Assembly: GCA_021825655.1 (NCBI GenBank)
Contig: JAKAGU010000004.1
Coordinates: forward strand, 11,599-75,598
DNA length: 64,000 nucleotides
DNA from: a bacterium
Lineage (GTDB): Bacteria > Patescibacteriota > Doudnabacteria > UBA920
Reading direction: 5' to 3'
Shown here: positions 34,747 through 44,247 of the stretch, piece by piece
Layout of the letters: every line of letters starts with the position of its first letter
Position numbering within the stretch: position 1 is the first letter of the stretch
Position numbers and translations under genes: made by a program
The notes under the pieces: generated by a model
The model's database searches: none
What the model was told of the DNA's origin: nothing
What the model saw: only the letters and a program-made list of their open reading frames with translations

Positions 34747-35334
34747 TTAACGCTTGGCCCACTGCGGGGAACGGCGGGCTCTTTTCAAACCCGGCTTCTT
34801 TCTTTCTTTTTTGCGGTCATCGCGGGTCAAAAGTCCGTTCTTTTTTAACACTTTCCTGACTTCTTCGGACACCTTGGATAAAGCAATCGAAATGCCATGC
34901 TGCACAGCCTGGGCCTGGGAATGCGGCCCGCCGCCTGTAACATTCGCCGTAAAATGGTATTCAGAGCCCAAGCCGGTTAGCTCAAAAGGCCTAAGCACGT
35001 CTTGCTGGTAGTATTCGTAGGAAAAAAAGTTTTTAAACGGCTTCTTATTTACCTGGCTGTCCCCTTCGCCGGCAAAAAGCCGGACGTTGGCAATGGAAGT
35101 TTTGCGCCTGCCCGTTGAAAAAACATACTTGCCCGCTGCCGGAGGCTGGTGGGCCAAGGCTGGCTTTTTAACAACTTCGGCTTCCTTAGCATGAGTAACA
35201 GCCTCTGCTTTAAGGGGTGCCTTTTTAACCGCGGGTTTGGCGACCGAAGCCTTCTTGGCAACCGTGCTTGTAGCGCGGGGCTTTCTGGCAGGCTTGTCTG
35301 CGGTGCTCTTGGAAGCTGTGCTTTTAGTAGTCAT
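34747..35334 (-). CDS. rpsI: 30S ribosomal protein S9 with N-terminal Lys/Ala extension
   Basis: TGRRKTS, GGGPHSQ, LTRDDRKKERKKPGLKRARRSPQWAKR. Confidence 0.96.
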   Translation of the reverse strand: MTTKSTASKSTADKPARKPRATSTVAKKASVAKPAVKKAPLKAEAVTHAKEAEVVKKPALAHQPPAAGKYVFSTGRRKTSIANVRLFAGEGDSQVNKKPFKNFFSYEYYQQDVLRPFELTGLGSEYHFTANVTGGGPHSQAQAVQHGISIALSKVSEEVRKVLKKNGLLTRDDRKKERKKPGLKRARRSPQWAKR

Positions 35335-35351
35335 ATCTGGTATTTAAAAAA

Positions 35352-35771
35352 TTATTTAACCTTGTCGATTTTATAGTCATGTGCCGCCCCCTTAACCAGC
35401 TTCAGTCTGGCCATCATGGCTTTGCGAAACTTTACATCGTCCAGCATGCTAAAAACTGCCTTGCGGAGAACCTCGGTCGGGTTCTTCTGCATCACGGTTT
35501 TTATAGCCGTCTTTCTAAGCCCGCCCAAATACCCCGAATGGTGATAATAGACTTTCTGGTCAAGCTTTCTGCCGGTCAGTTTCAGCTTGTCGGCGTTAAT
35601 TGCCACCACGTAATCGCCCATATCTAAATTAGGAGTGAAGTCGCGCTTGTGCTTGCCTCTTAAAAAGTTGGCGATTGCTGAGGCTACGCGACCCATCGAC
35701 TGCTTGGAAGCGTCGACCTGGATCCACTGCCTGGGGGTAATTTTAGCTCTGCTGATTTTATGTGGTTTCAT
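35352..35771 (-). CDS. rplM: 50S ribosomal protein L13
   Basis: GRVASAIA..LRGKHK..FTP..DMGDYV, YYHHSGYLGGL. Confidence 0.96.
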   Translation of the reverse strand: MKPHKISRAKITPRQWIQVDASKQSMGRVASAIANFLRGKHKRDFTPNLDMGDYVVAINADKLKLTGRKLDQKVYYHHSGYLGGLRKTAIKTVMQKNPTEVLRKAVFSMLDDVKFRKAMMARLKLVKGAAHDYKIDKVK

Positions 35772-35799
35772 ACTTCTGACTTAACTGCTGATTAATTGA

Positions 35800-36144
35800 T
35801 TACTCAACCAGTTCCAAAAGGGCTTTAGAGGCACCGGCTTTGGGATTGTTTAGTTTGGTCAAACGGGTGTAGCCGCCTTTTCTTTCCTTGTACTTGGGCC
35901 CGAGAACTTCCATAAGTTTTTTTACAGCCATTGGCTGCAGCTTGCCAAGCAGCAGGCGGCGGGCATGCAAACTGCCCTCTTTGGATTTTGTCAGGCACTT
36001 TTCAGCGTAAGATTTCACGCCTCTGGCATTGGCATAGCTCGTGACAATTTTCTCATACAAAAACAATGAAGACGCCAGACTCTTTAACAATTTTCTCCTG
36101 TGGTCATTGCCCTTACCGAGTTTTTTCTTCTTTTGATGCCTCAT
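35800..36144 (-). CDS. rplQ: 50S ribosomal protein L17
   Basis: MRHQKK..HRRKLLKSL, RKGGYTRL. Confidence 0.95.
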   Translation of the reverse strand: MRHQKKKKLGKGNDHRRKLLKSLASSLFLYEKIVTSYANARGVKSYAEKCLTKSKEGSLHARRLLLGKLQPMAVKKLMEVLGPKYKERKGGYTRLTKLNNPKAGASKALLELVE

Positions 36145-36145
36145 A

Positions 36146-37081
36146 TTACCTGCCTAAAAATTCCAAAATTTCTTTAATTGTCTTATCGCCCAGGCCGCTC
36201 AGCTTGCCAATCTCTTCATTGGAAAGAGCCTGCAGGGCCGCCAGAGTAGTGATACCGTTTTTAACCAAAGCGTTTTTTGCGCGGGTAGAAAAGGTGGAGT
36301 TAGTGATTTCATTTTCCGCTGTTTCTTCAACGGGCAAATCCGCAACTGTCTCGTTACCCTGAATTTCGGCAACCGCAGCAGCCTCAACTTTAGCGAAATC
36401 ACCCGAAAACATCATGGTAAAATGATCAACTAGGATATGAGCGGCAATATCGCCGGCTTCCTGGCCGGTAAGCGTACCGTCGGTTTCCATAACCAATTCC
36501 AGTTTGTCGTAGTTGGTCAGCTGGCCCACGCGGACATTGGAAACATCGAAATGCACAGACTTAATCGGCGTAAAAATGGCGTCCACGGCAATCATGCCGA
36601 TTTCGGGCTTGTAGTTCTCACGGGCTTCCACCGGCAAATAGCCCCTGCCCTGCTCCACGACTATCTCCATTTCTAAATCTGAGCTCTTGTTATCCAAGGT
36701 GGCAATGTGCAGGTCTTTATTGATAATCTGAACCTGGTCAGTTTCCTTGAAGCTGGCGGCGGTAACAACCTTTTCACCCTTCTCTTTCAATAAAAGGCGC
36801 ACGGGCTCGCTGGAAAAACTCCTCACCCTAAGCTGTTTCAGATTGAGGATGATCTGGATAACGTCTTCTTTGACGTTGGGGATGGTGGAAAATTCGTGGT
36901 CTGCGAACTTAATCTTAACCGCAGTAACAGCTGCACCCGGCATGGAAGATAACAAAACCCGGCGCATGGTGTTGCCAATAGTAACACCATAACCCGGATA
37001 CAAAGGTTCCAGGGTCAGGCTATACTTGTTATTTCCCAAATCAGCGACCTGGGCGTGGTTTGGAAGAGGGAGTGCCTCCAT
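36146..37081 (-). CDS. rpoA: RNA polymerase alpha subunit
   Basis: EPLYPGYGVTIGNTMRRVLLSS, HEFSTIPNVKED, alpha-CTD STRAKNAL. Confidence 0.97.
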   Translation of the reverse strand: MEALPLPNHAQVADLGNNKYSLTLEPLYPGYGVTIGNTMRRVLLSSMPGAAVTAVKIKFADHEFSTIPNVKEDVIQIILNLKQLRVRSFSSEPVRLLLKEKGEKVVTAASFKETDQVQIINKDLHIATLDNKSSDLEMEIVVEQGRGYLPVEARENYKPEIGMIAVDAIFTPIKSVHFDVSNVRVGQLTNYDKLELVMETDGTLTGQEAGDIAAHILVDHFTMMFSGDFAKVEAAAVAEIQGNETVADLPVEETAENEITNSTFSTRAKNALVKNGITTLAALQALSNEEIGKLSGLGDKTIKEILEFLGR

Positions 37082-37131
37082 AATAAACCTCCGAGGTTTA
37101 AGGATTTATTAAATAAAACTAAAATTATAAA

Positions 37132-37740
37132 CTAGGTGCGGCTGTAGTGCTCGACAATCAGCTGGGTGTTGATGGTGTTGGCAATCATCTCCGGGGTCGG
37201 CTGTGCCAACAACTTGGCGGAAAAGCTGGCGGGATTCATTTCCAGCCATTCCTGAGTTTTGAAATTCTTCAATTTCTCTTTGGCGCGTTCCATGTATTTA
37301 CCGGACTGCTTGGTCTTTTTCACAGCCACGGTATCGCCGACTTTCAGCGCGTATGAAGGAATATCGGCTCTCTTGCCATTAACTTCAAAAAAACCATGGT
37401 TGACGAGCTGCCGGGCCTGGGCGCGGCTATCCGCAAAACCAGCACGGAAGACAAAATTATCCAAGCGGGTTTCCAGCATGCGGAGCAGAATATCTCCGGT
37501 TACGCCGGGCTGGCGCAGGGCTTTCTTAAAATAGTTGGAAAACTGCTTTTCCATTACGCCGTACTGAATTTTTGCCTTCTGCTTCTCGCGGAGCTGCATG
37601 CCGTATTCGGAAAGGCGGCTGCGGGACTGGCCGTGCTGACCGGGCGCATAGCTCCTTTTTTGAAGGATCTTTGCATCTTTGGCCGTAAAGGCCATGCCCA
37701 GGCGGCGGGCTTTTTTAGCTTTTGGTCCTGTGTAACGCAT
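37132..37740 (-). CDS. rpsD: 30S ribosomal protein S4
   Basis: MRYTGPK, PGQHG, QLREKQK, LETRLDN, ARQLVNHG. Confidence 0.97.
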   Translation of the reverse strand: MRYTGPKAKKARRLGMAFTAKDAKILQKRSYAPGQHGQSRSRLSEYGMQLREKQKAKIQYGVMEKQFSNYFKKALRQPGVTGDILLRMLETRLDNFVFRAGFADSRAQARQLVNHGFFEVNGKRADIPSYALKVGDTVAVKKTKQSGKYMERAKEKLKNFKTQEWLEMNPASFSAKLLAQPTPEMIANTINTQLIVEHYSRT

Positions 37741-37752
37741 AAGTGTAAAAAA

Positions 37753-38205
37753 TTATACTCTTCTGGGCTTCTTCGGCCTGACTCCGCCGTGCGGAATGGG
37801 AGTCTGATCCTTAATGGTCAACACCGTCAGGGAACTGCCTTGCAAGGCGCGGACCGCCGATTCCCGTCCGGAACCGATTCCCTTTATAAAAACGTCAACT
37901 TCGGAGAGGCCACGCTCTTTGGCCCGGGCTAAAACATCTTCCATGGTTTTCTGGCCGGCATACGGAGTGGACTTTTTGGAACCCTTAAAACCAATTTTGC
38001 CTGCACTGCCCCAAACCACCACGTTGCCAGAGAGATCGGTTACGGCAATGATTGTGTTATTGTAAGTGGAATTGATATAAATCTTGCCCTTAACCACTTT
38101 TGCCTTGACCTTTTTTTTCTTGCTGCCTTTTATCTTGGAGGCAACATCGGTCTGAGGCACCGCGGCTTCGGCGGGGCTGGTGACTTTATTGTTTTCGTCT
38201 GCCAT
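37753..38205 (-). CDS. rpsK: 30S ribosomal protein S11
   Basis: STYNNTI, GFKGSKKSTPYA, TPIPHGG. Confidence 0.97.
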   Translation of the reverse strand: MADENNKVTSPAEAAVPQTDVASKIKGSKKKKVKAKVVKGKIYINSTYNNTIIAVTDLSGNVVVWGSAGKIGFKGSKKSTPYAGQKTMEDVLARAKERGLSEVDVFIKGIGSGRESAVRALQGSSLTVLTIKDQTPIPHGGVRPKKPRRV

Positions 38206-38228
38206 ATAATATCGTTCTTAAAATTAGT

Positions 38229-38618
38229 TTAGGTCTTTTCCGCTGACTTTGCCCGGCCGCTACCCGCGGTCTTTCTGACGTTGCCCCGGCGGGTGCGGGA
38301 GTTGGTCTTCGTCCTCTGGCCCCGGACCGGCAGGCCCCGGATATGCCGGATGCCCCGATACGCGCCGATTTCTTTGAGACGCTTGATGTTTAAAAGTACT
38401 TGCTGCCTCAGGTTGCCTTCAACTTTGTAATTTTTTTCAATAAAATCGCGAATGCGGTTCAGTTCTTCTTCGGTCAGGTCCTTGGTCCGCTTGTTCGGGT
38501 CAACCTTGGCCGCACTTAAAATTTTACGGGACAGGGCCAAACCAATACCGTAAAGATAAGGCAGCGAAGCCTCAATTCTTTTTTCGTTGGGAATGTTGAT
38601 GCCTGCAATTCTAGCCAT
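38229..38618 (-). CDS. rpsM: 30S ribosomal protein S13
   Basis: [27 protein letters not shown]. Confidence 0.97.
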   Translation of the reverse strand: MARIAGINIPNEKRIEASLPYLYGIGLALSRKILSAAKVDPNKRTKDLTEEELNRIRDFIEKNYKVEGNLRQQVLLNIKRLKEIGAYRGIRHIRGLPVRGQRTKTNSRTRRGNVRKTAGSGRAKSAEKT

Positions 38619-38629
38619 ATTCGTATTCT

Positions 38630-38743
38630 TTAACCTTGTCTTTGTTTGTGCTTAGGGTTTTCACACACAATATAAACCCTGCCAAATCTTTTAATGATTT
38701 TGCATTTCTTGCACCGGGGTTTTACGCTTGCGCTAACTTTCAT
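38630..38743 (-). CDS. rpmJ: 50S ribosomal protein L36 (Zn-binding type)
   Basis: Not in ORF track; [37 protein letters not shown]. Confidence 0.96.
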   Translation of the reverse strand: MKVSASVKPRCKKCKIIKRFGRVYIVCENPKHKQRQG

Positions 38744-38753
38744 AGAATTTATG

Positions 38754-39005
38754 TTATCTTAACCTTCTGGTTATCCTGCCCTTGGTCAGATCATAGGGTG
38801 TCATTTCAATCACCACGCGATCGCCGGGCAGAACCTTAATCTTGTTGACTCTCATTTTGCCGGATAAGTGGCCTAAAACCGCCTGCCCGGAATCCAACTG
38901 GACACGAAAAACAGCATTAGGCAAGTTCTCAACGACCTTGCCCTCAAGTTCGATTAGGTCTTTACTTGTGCCTGACTTCCCCAAGTCGTGTGTGCTGGAA
39001 TTCAA
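38754..39005 (-). CDS. infA: Translation initiation factor IF-1 (start uncertain)
   Basis: [38 protein letters not shown]. Confidence 0.95.
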   Translation of the reverse strand: MNSSTHDLGKSGTSKDLIELEGKVVENLPNAVFRVQLDSGQAVLGHLSGKMRVNKIKVLPGDRVVIEMTPYDLTKGRITRRLR

Positions 39006-39046
39006 AATACAAATCTTTCAAAGATAATTTTCACCTAATTAGGCTT

Positions 39047-39074
39047 ATTTTATCACAAAACAAAAAAAAGTCAA
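39047..39074 (-). promoter_or_regulatory. Probable promoter of the infA-alpha operon
   Basis: TTGACT, 16 bp, TAAAAT with TG extension. Confidence 0.55.
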
Positions 39075-39142
39075 ATCAAAACTACGTTTTGACTATTATC
39101 TCATAAAACCCTTGTAAATAAGCCAAAAATAAGATTTGACAG

Positions 39143-40900
39143 CTAAGGCTGCACTTTTATTTTAATATTGTTTGCCAAGAACGGCAGGCGTTTTTGCCAA
39201 GTAGGCGACAACACAACGTCAATTCTGTCAATTTCATTGTTTTGGGACAAAATGGCGTTTGCCTCCTCGGGGGTCTTGTTGACCAGCTCTTTGGCCATAT
39301 CCTCAACGCTGGTGGATAAATTATACCACACCCGGCCCTGAAAATGAACTGAGAGTATACCCAACTGGCTGTCGGCCTGGAGCTCTTTGGTTTTATAAAC
39401 CAGCTGGTAGGCGCCGTCCTTGGTATCCAGGGTTTTATTGCCGGAGAGTGTCTGGTCAATCCGGTCAAAAATCAATTTTTCCAAATCAGTTTCACTGATT
39501 GCCAAACCCGCGACTTTGAGTTTGATGTATGCATCAAAGTTGGGACTCTCTGTGCCTGCTGCTTTGTCTGAATTGAACTGTTCAACCTGCAAGGTATACG
39601 CATCGTCCGGCAGGGTTAACCCTTGGCCCTTAAGCTTGTCCTGAACCTTGGCCAGGCCCGCGGCTTTCAGCTGATCCTGGGCAGCGGCCACATCCTGGTC
39701 GGAAACAACCGACAGATACCGGGATGTCCCGCCGCTAATCGGCGAATCCGTCTTGGCGTAAAGCACCAGAGGCTTGCTGCCGAAAACCTTATTGGTTATT
39801 TCCAACCGCGTGCCTGCAGGTAGGTTGTAGCTATCCCCGCCTTCGGCCGCAATCACTTCGACCGGATCTGCCAATGTGGCGGGGTCAACCTCTTTTGTCC
39901 GGACATTTTTGTAACCAGTGGGCTTAAGCTGCGACACATCATTAACCAAGCTGTAATTTTTCCCATTCAGTGACAGTGTGGTGGTTTCGGCCTTCAAATT
40001 TAAAGGCAGGCGTGTAAAATTATAAATCCGGACAAAACCGGTGGCGCGATTGCCCACTTCCTTTTTACCCTGGCTTTCAAAAGTCTTATTCAACTCCAAT
40101 TCCTCGGCAACCTGCGTAGCAGGCAAGACTAATTTCGTAGAGTCAGCCGCCTTCACCGTAGTCCCAAAACTAATTTCCAAATCCCTGACCAGGACATCGT
40201 TTTTGGGCACCAAGGCCACTTCGGCTTTCGGCAGAACAACAAAAACCAAGGACGCCGCCAACAAAACAGCCACCGCCAAAAAACCAACAATCCATTTCCA
40301 GGCGCTCCCTCGGACATCTTGTTCTTTATAATGCTCTTCGATTTCGAAAGGGAAAACATTTTCCTGAACGCTGACCTTAGGCGCGGCCATCTCAGACAAA
40401 ACCGGCTCTTTTTCTTTCGGTTCCTCCGCTTTAATCGGCTCAACCTTGCTTAATTTTTTGGCTGTCTGCTTGATTTCTTCCAGTCCCAAAGGCACCACGG
40501 GTTCCTGGGCCACAAATTTCTCAATTTGTTTTGCCGCCGTTTTTTTTGCAGGCGTTGCAGGCGCTTCAGTGGCCAAATCTTGAATAACTGCCGCTTTTGC
40601 CGGCTTAACGCCGATGCCTATATCCGACATAGTCTTGTTTTTGGGGCTCTTGGGCAAAAATCGCAGGCCAAAACCGGCCTCTTTGGCGTACATTTGCCCG
40701 CGCTCATCCATTGTCAAAATCGAAACAGTCTTTTTGAGCAGGTCCGCCTGTTTTTTTAATAGCCTTAAATTGATGCTGTCATTAAAAAGAAAGCATCTTT
40801 TGGGACAAACCAGCACCACCTCCGGTACAGCCTCTTTTTTTAGCCTTTCGACAATCTTGGAGACGTCGTCTTCCAGGTTTATGTAAATGCTGGGGATCAT
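39143..40900 (-). CDS. Conserved single-TM protein with baseplate-J-like extracellular domain
   Basis: Cytoplasmic alpha/beta N-domain (IYINLEDD..NLRLLK), disordered linker, TM, then ATGFVRIYN, VIAAEGGDSYN, ISGG, VSDQD. Confidence 0.65.
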   Translation of the reverse strand: MIPSIYINLEDDVSKIVERLKKEAVPEVVLVCPKRCFLFNDSINLRLLKKQADLLKKTVSILTMDERGQMYAKEAGFGLRFLPKSPKNKTMSDIGIGVKPAKAAVIQDLATEAPATPAKKTAAKQIEKFVAQEPVVPLGLEEIKQTAKKLSKVEPIKAEEPKEKEPVLSEMAAPKVSVQENVFPFEIEEHYKEQDVRGSAWKWIVGFLAVAVLLAASLVFVVLPKAEVALVPKNDVLVRDLEISFGTTVKAADSTKLVLPATQVAEELELNKTFESQGKKEVGNRATGFVRIYNFTRLPLNLKAETTTLSLNGKNYSLVNDVSQLKPTGYKNVRTKEVDPATLADPVEVIAAEGGDSYNLPAGTRLEITNKVFGSKPLVLYAKTDSPISGGTSRYLSVVSDQDVAAAQDQLKAAGLAKVQDKLKGQGLTLPDDAYTLQVEQFNSDKAAGTESPNFDAYIKLKVAGLAISETDLEKLIFDRIDQTLSGNKTLDTKDGAYQLVYKTKELQADSQLGILSVHFQGRVWYNLSTSVEDMAKELVNKTPEEANAILSQNNEIDRIDVVLSPTWQKRLPFLANNIKIKVQP

Positions 40901-40963
40901 TTTTCAAGCGCAAACATTAATACCTATATACACTATAGCCTTTTTTGCGGGCTTAATCAAACC

Positions 40964-42130
40964 TTAGGCCAACCCTTTATAAGCTAAGCGCTTAGAGAAA
41001 CTCAAGTTCTTGCTGTTCTCCACCTGGGGCTGGTCAAAAGGGTTAACTTGCCTAAGTACTGAGGCGTAAACCGCATAGAGCTGCCAAAAAGCGACAAAGG
41101 CGCCCAACTCCTCCGGACTAAACCCCGCAATGGCCATATGGGCCACCGGGATGCTGTTAATCCGGGCGTCTTCCAGAGTACCCAATAATTCGTACTCTAG
41201 GGATTTTTCCAGAGGAATTTTATCAATGTCGAACATGGCATGGTTTTTAATAGCCACGCTGTGCACTGCCGCCGGATAACTGTTAACCGTAGGATGCAGC
41301 GGCGCTTCACTGGAAAAGAACAGCCCGGCAATATTTTTACGTCCGCCAAAAAACCTCTGGTTGGTATGGTGCTGCGATTCCGGCGCCTCGTGGGCGAAAT
41401 AAGTCTGCCCCTTGCCGTTTTTGCCGAACGATTCATGGCACAGCTGAACGATCAGCGCGCTCATGGGAAAAAGGTTATGGGAATAAAAAGGCATGAACAC
41501 ATCCACGTAACCCTGCTGCTCCAATTGCCAAAATACGGAAGCGGCGCGCCAGGGCAGATTGTCCTGCGCATACAGGCCGTAAAACTTTTTCGCGCCCGCG
41601 TACAGGCTGGCCACATCCAGGCCGACCAGCCCGGCGGGAAACAAAGCCACTTCGGTAAGCCCCGTATAACGGCCGCCAATTGGCGGATGTTCGACTACCG
41701 AAATATTAAGCTTGCGGGCAACTTCGGCCAGCGGACTATTTTTACCGGCCACCGCAACCATCGGATACTCCGCAAACTGCATGGTCATTTCCAGCTGGGT
41801 GGTGTTTTCCCCGGATTTGCTGATAGAAAGCACCAAGGTATCTTCGGGTTTCAATTGCTGCTTCAGCTCATAGATATAATCGGGATCAACAGTATTCAAA
41901 AAAAACACTTCTTTTTTTGCCTGATATTTTAAAGCCGCATAATAGCCATAAAAAGTAGTCAAGCTCCCGCCGTGGGCCAGAATCAGCAGCTTGGGATATT
42001 TTTCGTATTGCGCAGAATATTTTTTTATCAGCTCAAAGTCCGGCTGGTAGGATACGAACTCAGGCGCCGCTGGCAAGCGCGCCGGATCCAACACTTCAGG
42101 CTGGGGGCAATTATAGAAATCAATTTTCAT
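40964..42130 (-). CDS. pgi: Glucose-6-phosphate isomerase-like double-SIS protein
   Basis: GGS, SISKSGENT, IGGRY, QLCHESFGK, NPFDQPQVENSK. Confidence 0.75.
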   Translation of the reverse strand: MKIDFYNCPQPEVLDPARLPAAPEFVSYQPDFELIKKYSAQYEKYPKLLILAHGGSLTTFYGYYAALKYQAKKEVFFLNTVDPDYIYELKQQLKPEDTLVLSISKSGENTTQLEMTMQFAEYPMVAVAGKNSPLAEVARKLNISVVEHPPIGGRYTGLTEVALFPAGLVGLDVASLYAGAKKFYGLYAQDNLPWRAASVFWQLEQQGYVDVFMPFYSHNLFPMSALIVQLCHESFGKNGKGQTYFAHEAPESQHHTNQRFFGGRKNIAGLFFSSEAPLHPTVNSYPAAVHSVAIKNHAMFDIDKIPLEKSLEYELLGTLEDARINSIPVAHMAIAGFSPEELGAFVAFWQLYAVYASVLRQVNPFDQPQVENSKNLSFSKRLAYKGLA

Positions 42131-42161
42131 AAATTTTTATTTTAATTCTCGCAAATTTAAC

Positions 42162-43964
42162 CTACGAAACCGATGCCTTAATCCTTCTCACGCCCGCGCT
42201 GGAAGCTTCTTCCTTTAAAATTTTAAACTGGCCGATGGCCCCCGTATGCTCCACGTGCGGGCCGCCGCAGAACTCGCGCGACACCACTTCCTGGGTCTTA
42301 GGGTCGAACACGGTGTACACGGACACAATATCCGGGTATTTTTCGCCGAACACGCCAATGGCACCCAACTTTCTGGCCTCTGCCAAAGGCAAGGTTTCTT
42401 TTTTTACGCTCAGGTCTCGGGCAATCCAGTCGTTGACAATTGCTTGCACGGATTCAATTTCTTCGATCGTCATTTTCTGGCCGTGAGTAAAATCAAAACG
42501 CGTGCGCTCCTCGGTAATATTGCTTCCTTTTTGCCAAACCTCGTCGCCTAAAACCTGCCGCAGTGCGGCGTTCATCAAATGCGTGGCCGTATGCAGCCTC
42601 ACAATCTTGTCACTATGGCTGGCCAGCCCCCCTTTAAACTGGCCGGCCGAAGCTGTACGCGAAAGTTCTTGGTGTTTTTTAAACTCAATTTCAAATTCTT
42701 TTTTATCTACAACAAAACCGCTTTCCTCAGCCAATTCGGCTGTCACTTCCCAGGGGATGCCGTAAGTTTGGTATACATCAAAAGCTTCCTTGCCTGTAAT
42801 TTTGGAGTTGGCGGCAACGTTTTCCGACTTTTTGATAATCTTTCCCAGTTCTTTCAAACCCCGCTCCAGGGTATTTTCAAACTTTTTCTGCTCTCCCTCA
42901 ATCACGGCAAAAACATTCTCGGACTTTTCCACCAAGTATGGATAGGCCTGAGCATACGCCGTAATAACCTGGCCGACCAAAGCCTTCAGCCAAGTGCCCT
43001 GAAGGTTCAATAGCCTGGCCATAACCATGCTCCGCCTCAACAACCGACGGAGCACGTAGCCCCGGTCTTTATTGGATGGCTCTACGCCGTCTCCCACAAT
43101 CATCACGCTGGCCCGCACATGGTCCAGAATAACCCTTGCTTTGCGAACCTCCTCGTTGGACAGAATTTCGTTACCCAAGCCAACAACCTCAAACATGGGC
43201 TTAAAAATCTCCGTATCATACACCGAACGCTGGCCGTTTAAGACAGCCAAAGTGCGATCAAGACCCATGCCAGTATCTACATTCTGCTTTTTCAGCGGAA
43301 CCAGCCGGCCGTCAGCCTGTTTTTCAAATTGCATGAACACGTCATTCCAGATTTCCACCCAGCGCTTGTCCTCGCTCGTTTTCTGAAAATTTTCCGGCGC
43401 GGGCGTGCCATCGTCAATCCAGTAAAACATTTCGGTGTCTGGCCCGCACGGCCCGGTCGTACCGGCAATCCACCAGTTGTTTTCCTTGGGCAAATAAGCA
43501 ATGCGCTTGGGGTTTACGCCCAGGCTTTCCCATTTTTCGGCGGCTTCGGTATCGCGAGGGGCATCTGCGTCCCCCGCAAAAACTGAAACTGCCAAACGCT
43601 CCAGAGGGATGCCCAAATACTCTTTCGAAGTTAAAAATTCAAAACTCCATTCAATGGCTTCCTGTTTGAAATAGTCGCCCAAACTCCAGTTCCCGAGCAT
43701 CTCAAAAAAAGTCAGGTGGGTATCATCCCCCACTTCCTCAATGTCTCCGGTGCGGATGCATTTCTGGAAATTGACCAGCCGCGTGCCCTTGGGATGCTCC
43801 TGGCCCAGCAGATACGGAACCAAGGGGTGCATGCCCGCGGTTGTAAACAGCACGGAAGCGTCATTTTCGGGCACCAAAGAAGCCGAAGGAATAACGGAAT
43901 GCCCTTTGGATTGAAAAAAGTTGAGATATTTTTGCCGCAGTTCTTGCGCGGTAATTTTCTGCAT
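42162..43964 (-). CDS. alaS: Alanine--tRNA ligase, short form lacking the C-Ala domain
   Basis: LFTTAGM, HLTFFEMLGNWSLGDYFK, VDTGMGLDR, editing HTATH and CGGPH. Confidence 0.96.
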   Translation of the reverse strand: MQKITAQELRQKYLNFFQSKGHSVIPSASLVPENDASVLFTTAGMHPLVPYLLGQEHPKGTRLVNFQKCIRTGDIEEVGDDTHLTFFEMLGNWSLGDYFKQEAIEWSFEFLTSKEYLGIPLERLAVSVFAGDADAPRDTEAAEKWESLGVNPKRIAYLPKENNWWIAGTTGPCGPDTEMFYWIDDGTPAPENFQKTSEDKRWVEIWNDVFMQFEKQADGRLVPLKKQNVDTGMGLDRTLAVLNGQRSVYDTEIFKPMFEVVGLGNEILSNEEVRKARVILDHVRASVMIVGDGVEPSNKDRGYVLRRLLRRSMVMARLLNLQGTWLKALVGQVITAYAQAYPYLVEKSENVFAVIEGEQKKFENTLERGLKELGKIIKKSENVAANSKITGKEAFDVYQTYGIPWEVTAELAEESGFVVDKKEFEIEFKKHQELSRTASAGQFKGGLASHSDKIVRLHTATHLMNAALRQVLGDEVWQKGSNITEERTRFDFTHGQKMTIEEIESVQAIVNDWIARDLSVKKETLPLAEARKLGAIGVFGEKYPDIVSVYTVFDPKTQEVVSREFCGGPHVEHTGAIGQFKILKEEASSAGVRRIKASVS

Positions 43965-43981
43965 GATATTGGGCCTAATTA

Positions 43982-44245
43982 TCAGGACGGGATAAGGTCG
44001 TCAAATTCCGCAAGGCGCACAAACCTCTTGCCATCGGCAGTCTTAAATGACAGCTTGGCTTTCTGTCCCTGGTCCGTGGCTACCATACCCTCGAACACAT
44101 ACTGGGTGTGCTCGGTGGGGTCATTTCGCCTGTTTGTGGATACGCGCACCAGACTTCCTGGCTGGATCTCCTTTGCGCCCCCACTCTTCTCGTGTTCGCC
44201 CTCAGCCTTGGGCAAGGGGCGTCCGATGTCGTTGTATTCTGACAT
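43982..44245 (-). CDS. Hypothetical protein (87 aa)
   Basis: Co-oriented ORF filling the gap between the S41 protease and alaS. Confidence 0.6.
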   Translation of the reverse strand: MSEYNDIGRPLPKAEGEHEKSGGAKEIQPGSLVRVSTNRRNDPTEHTQYVFEGMVATDQGQKAKLSFKTADGKRFVRLAEFDDLIPS

Positions 44246-44247
44246 GT

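Noticed and set aside
39143-40900. Prophage or contractile injection system
   Set aside because: No tail, sheath, capsid or terminase genes, and the protein has a TM anchor
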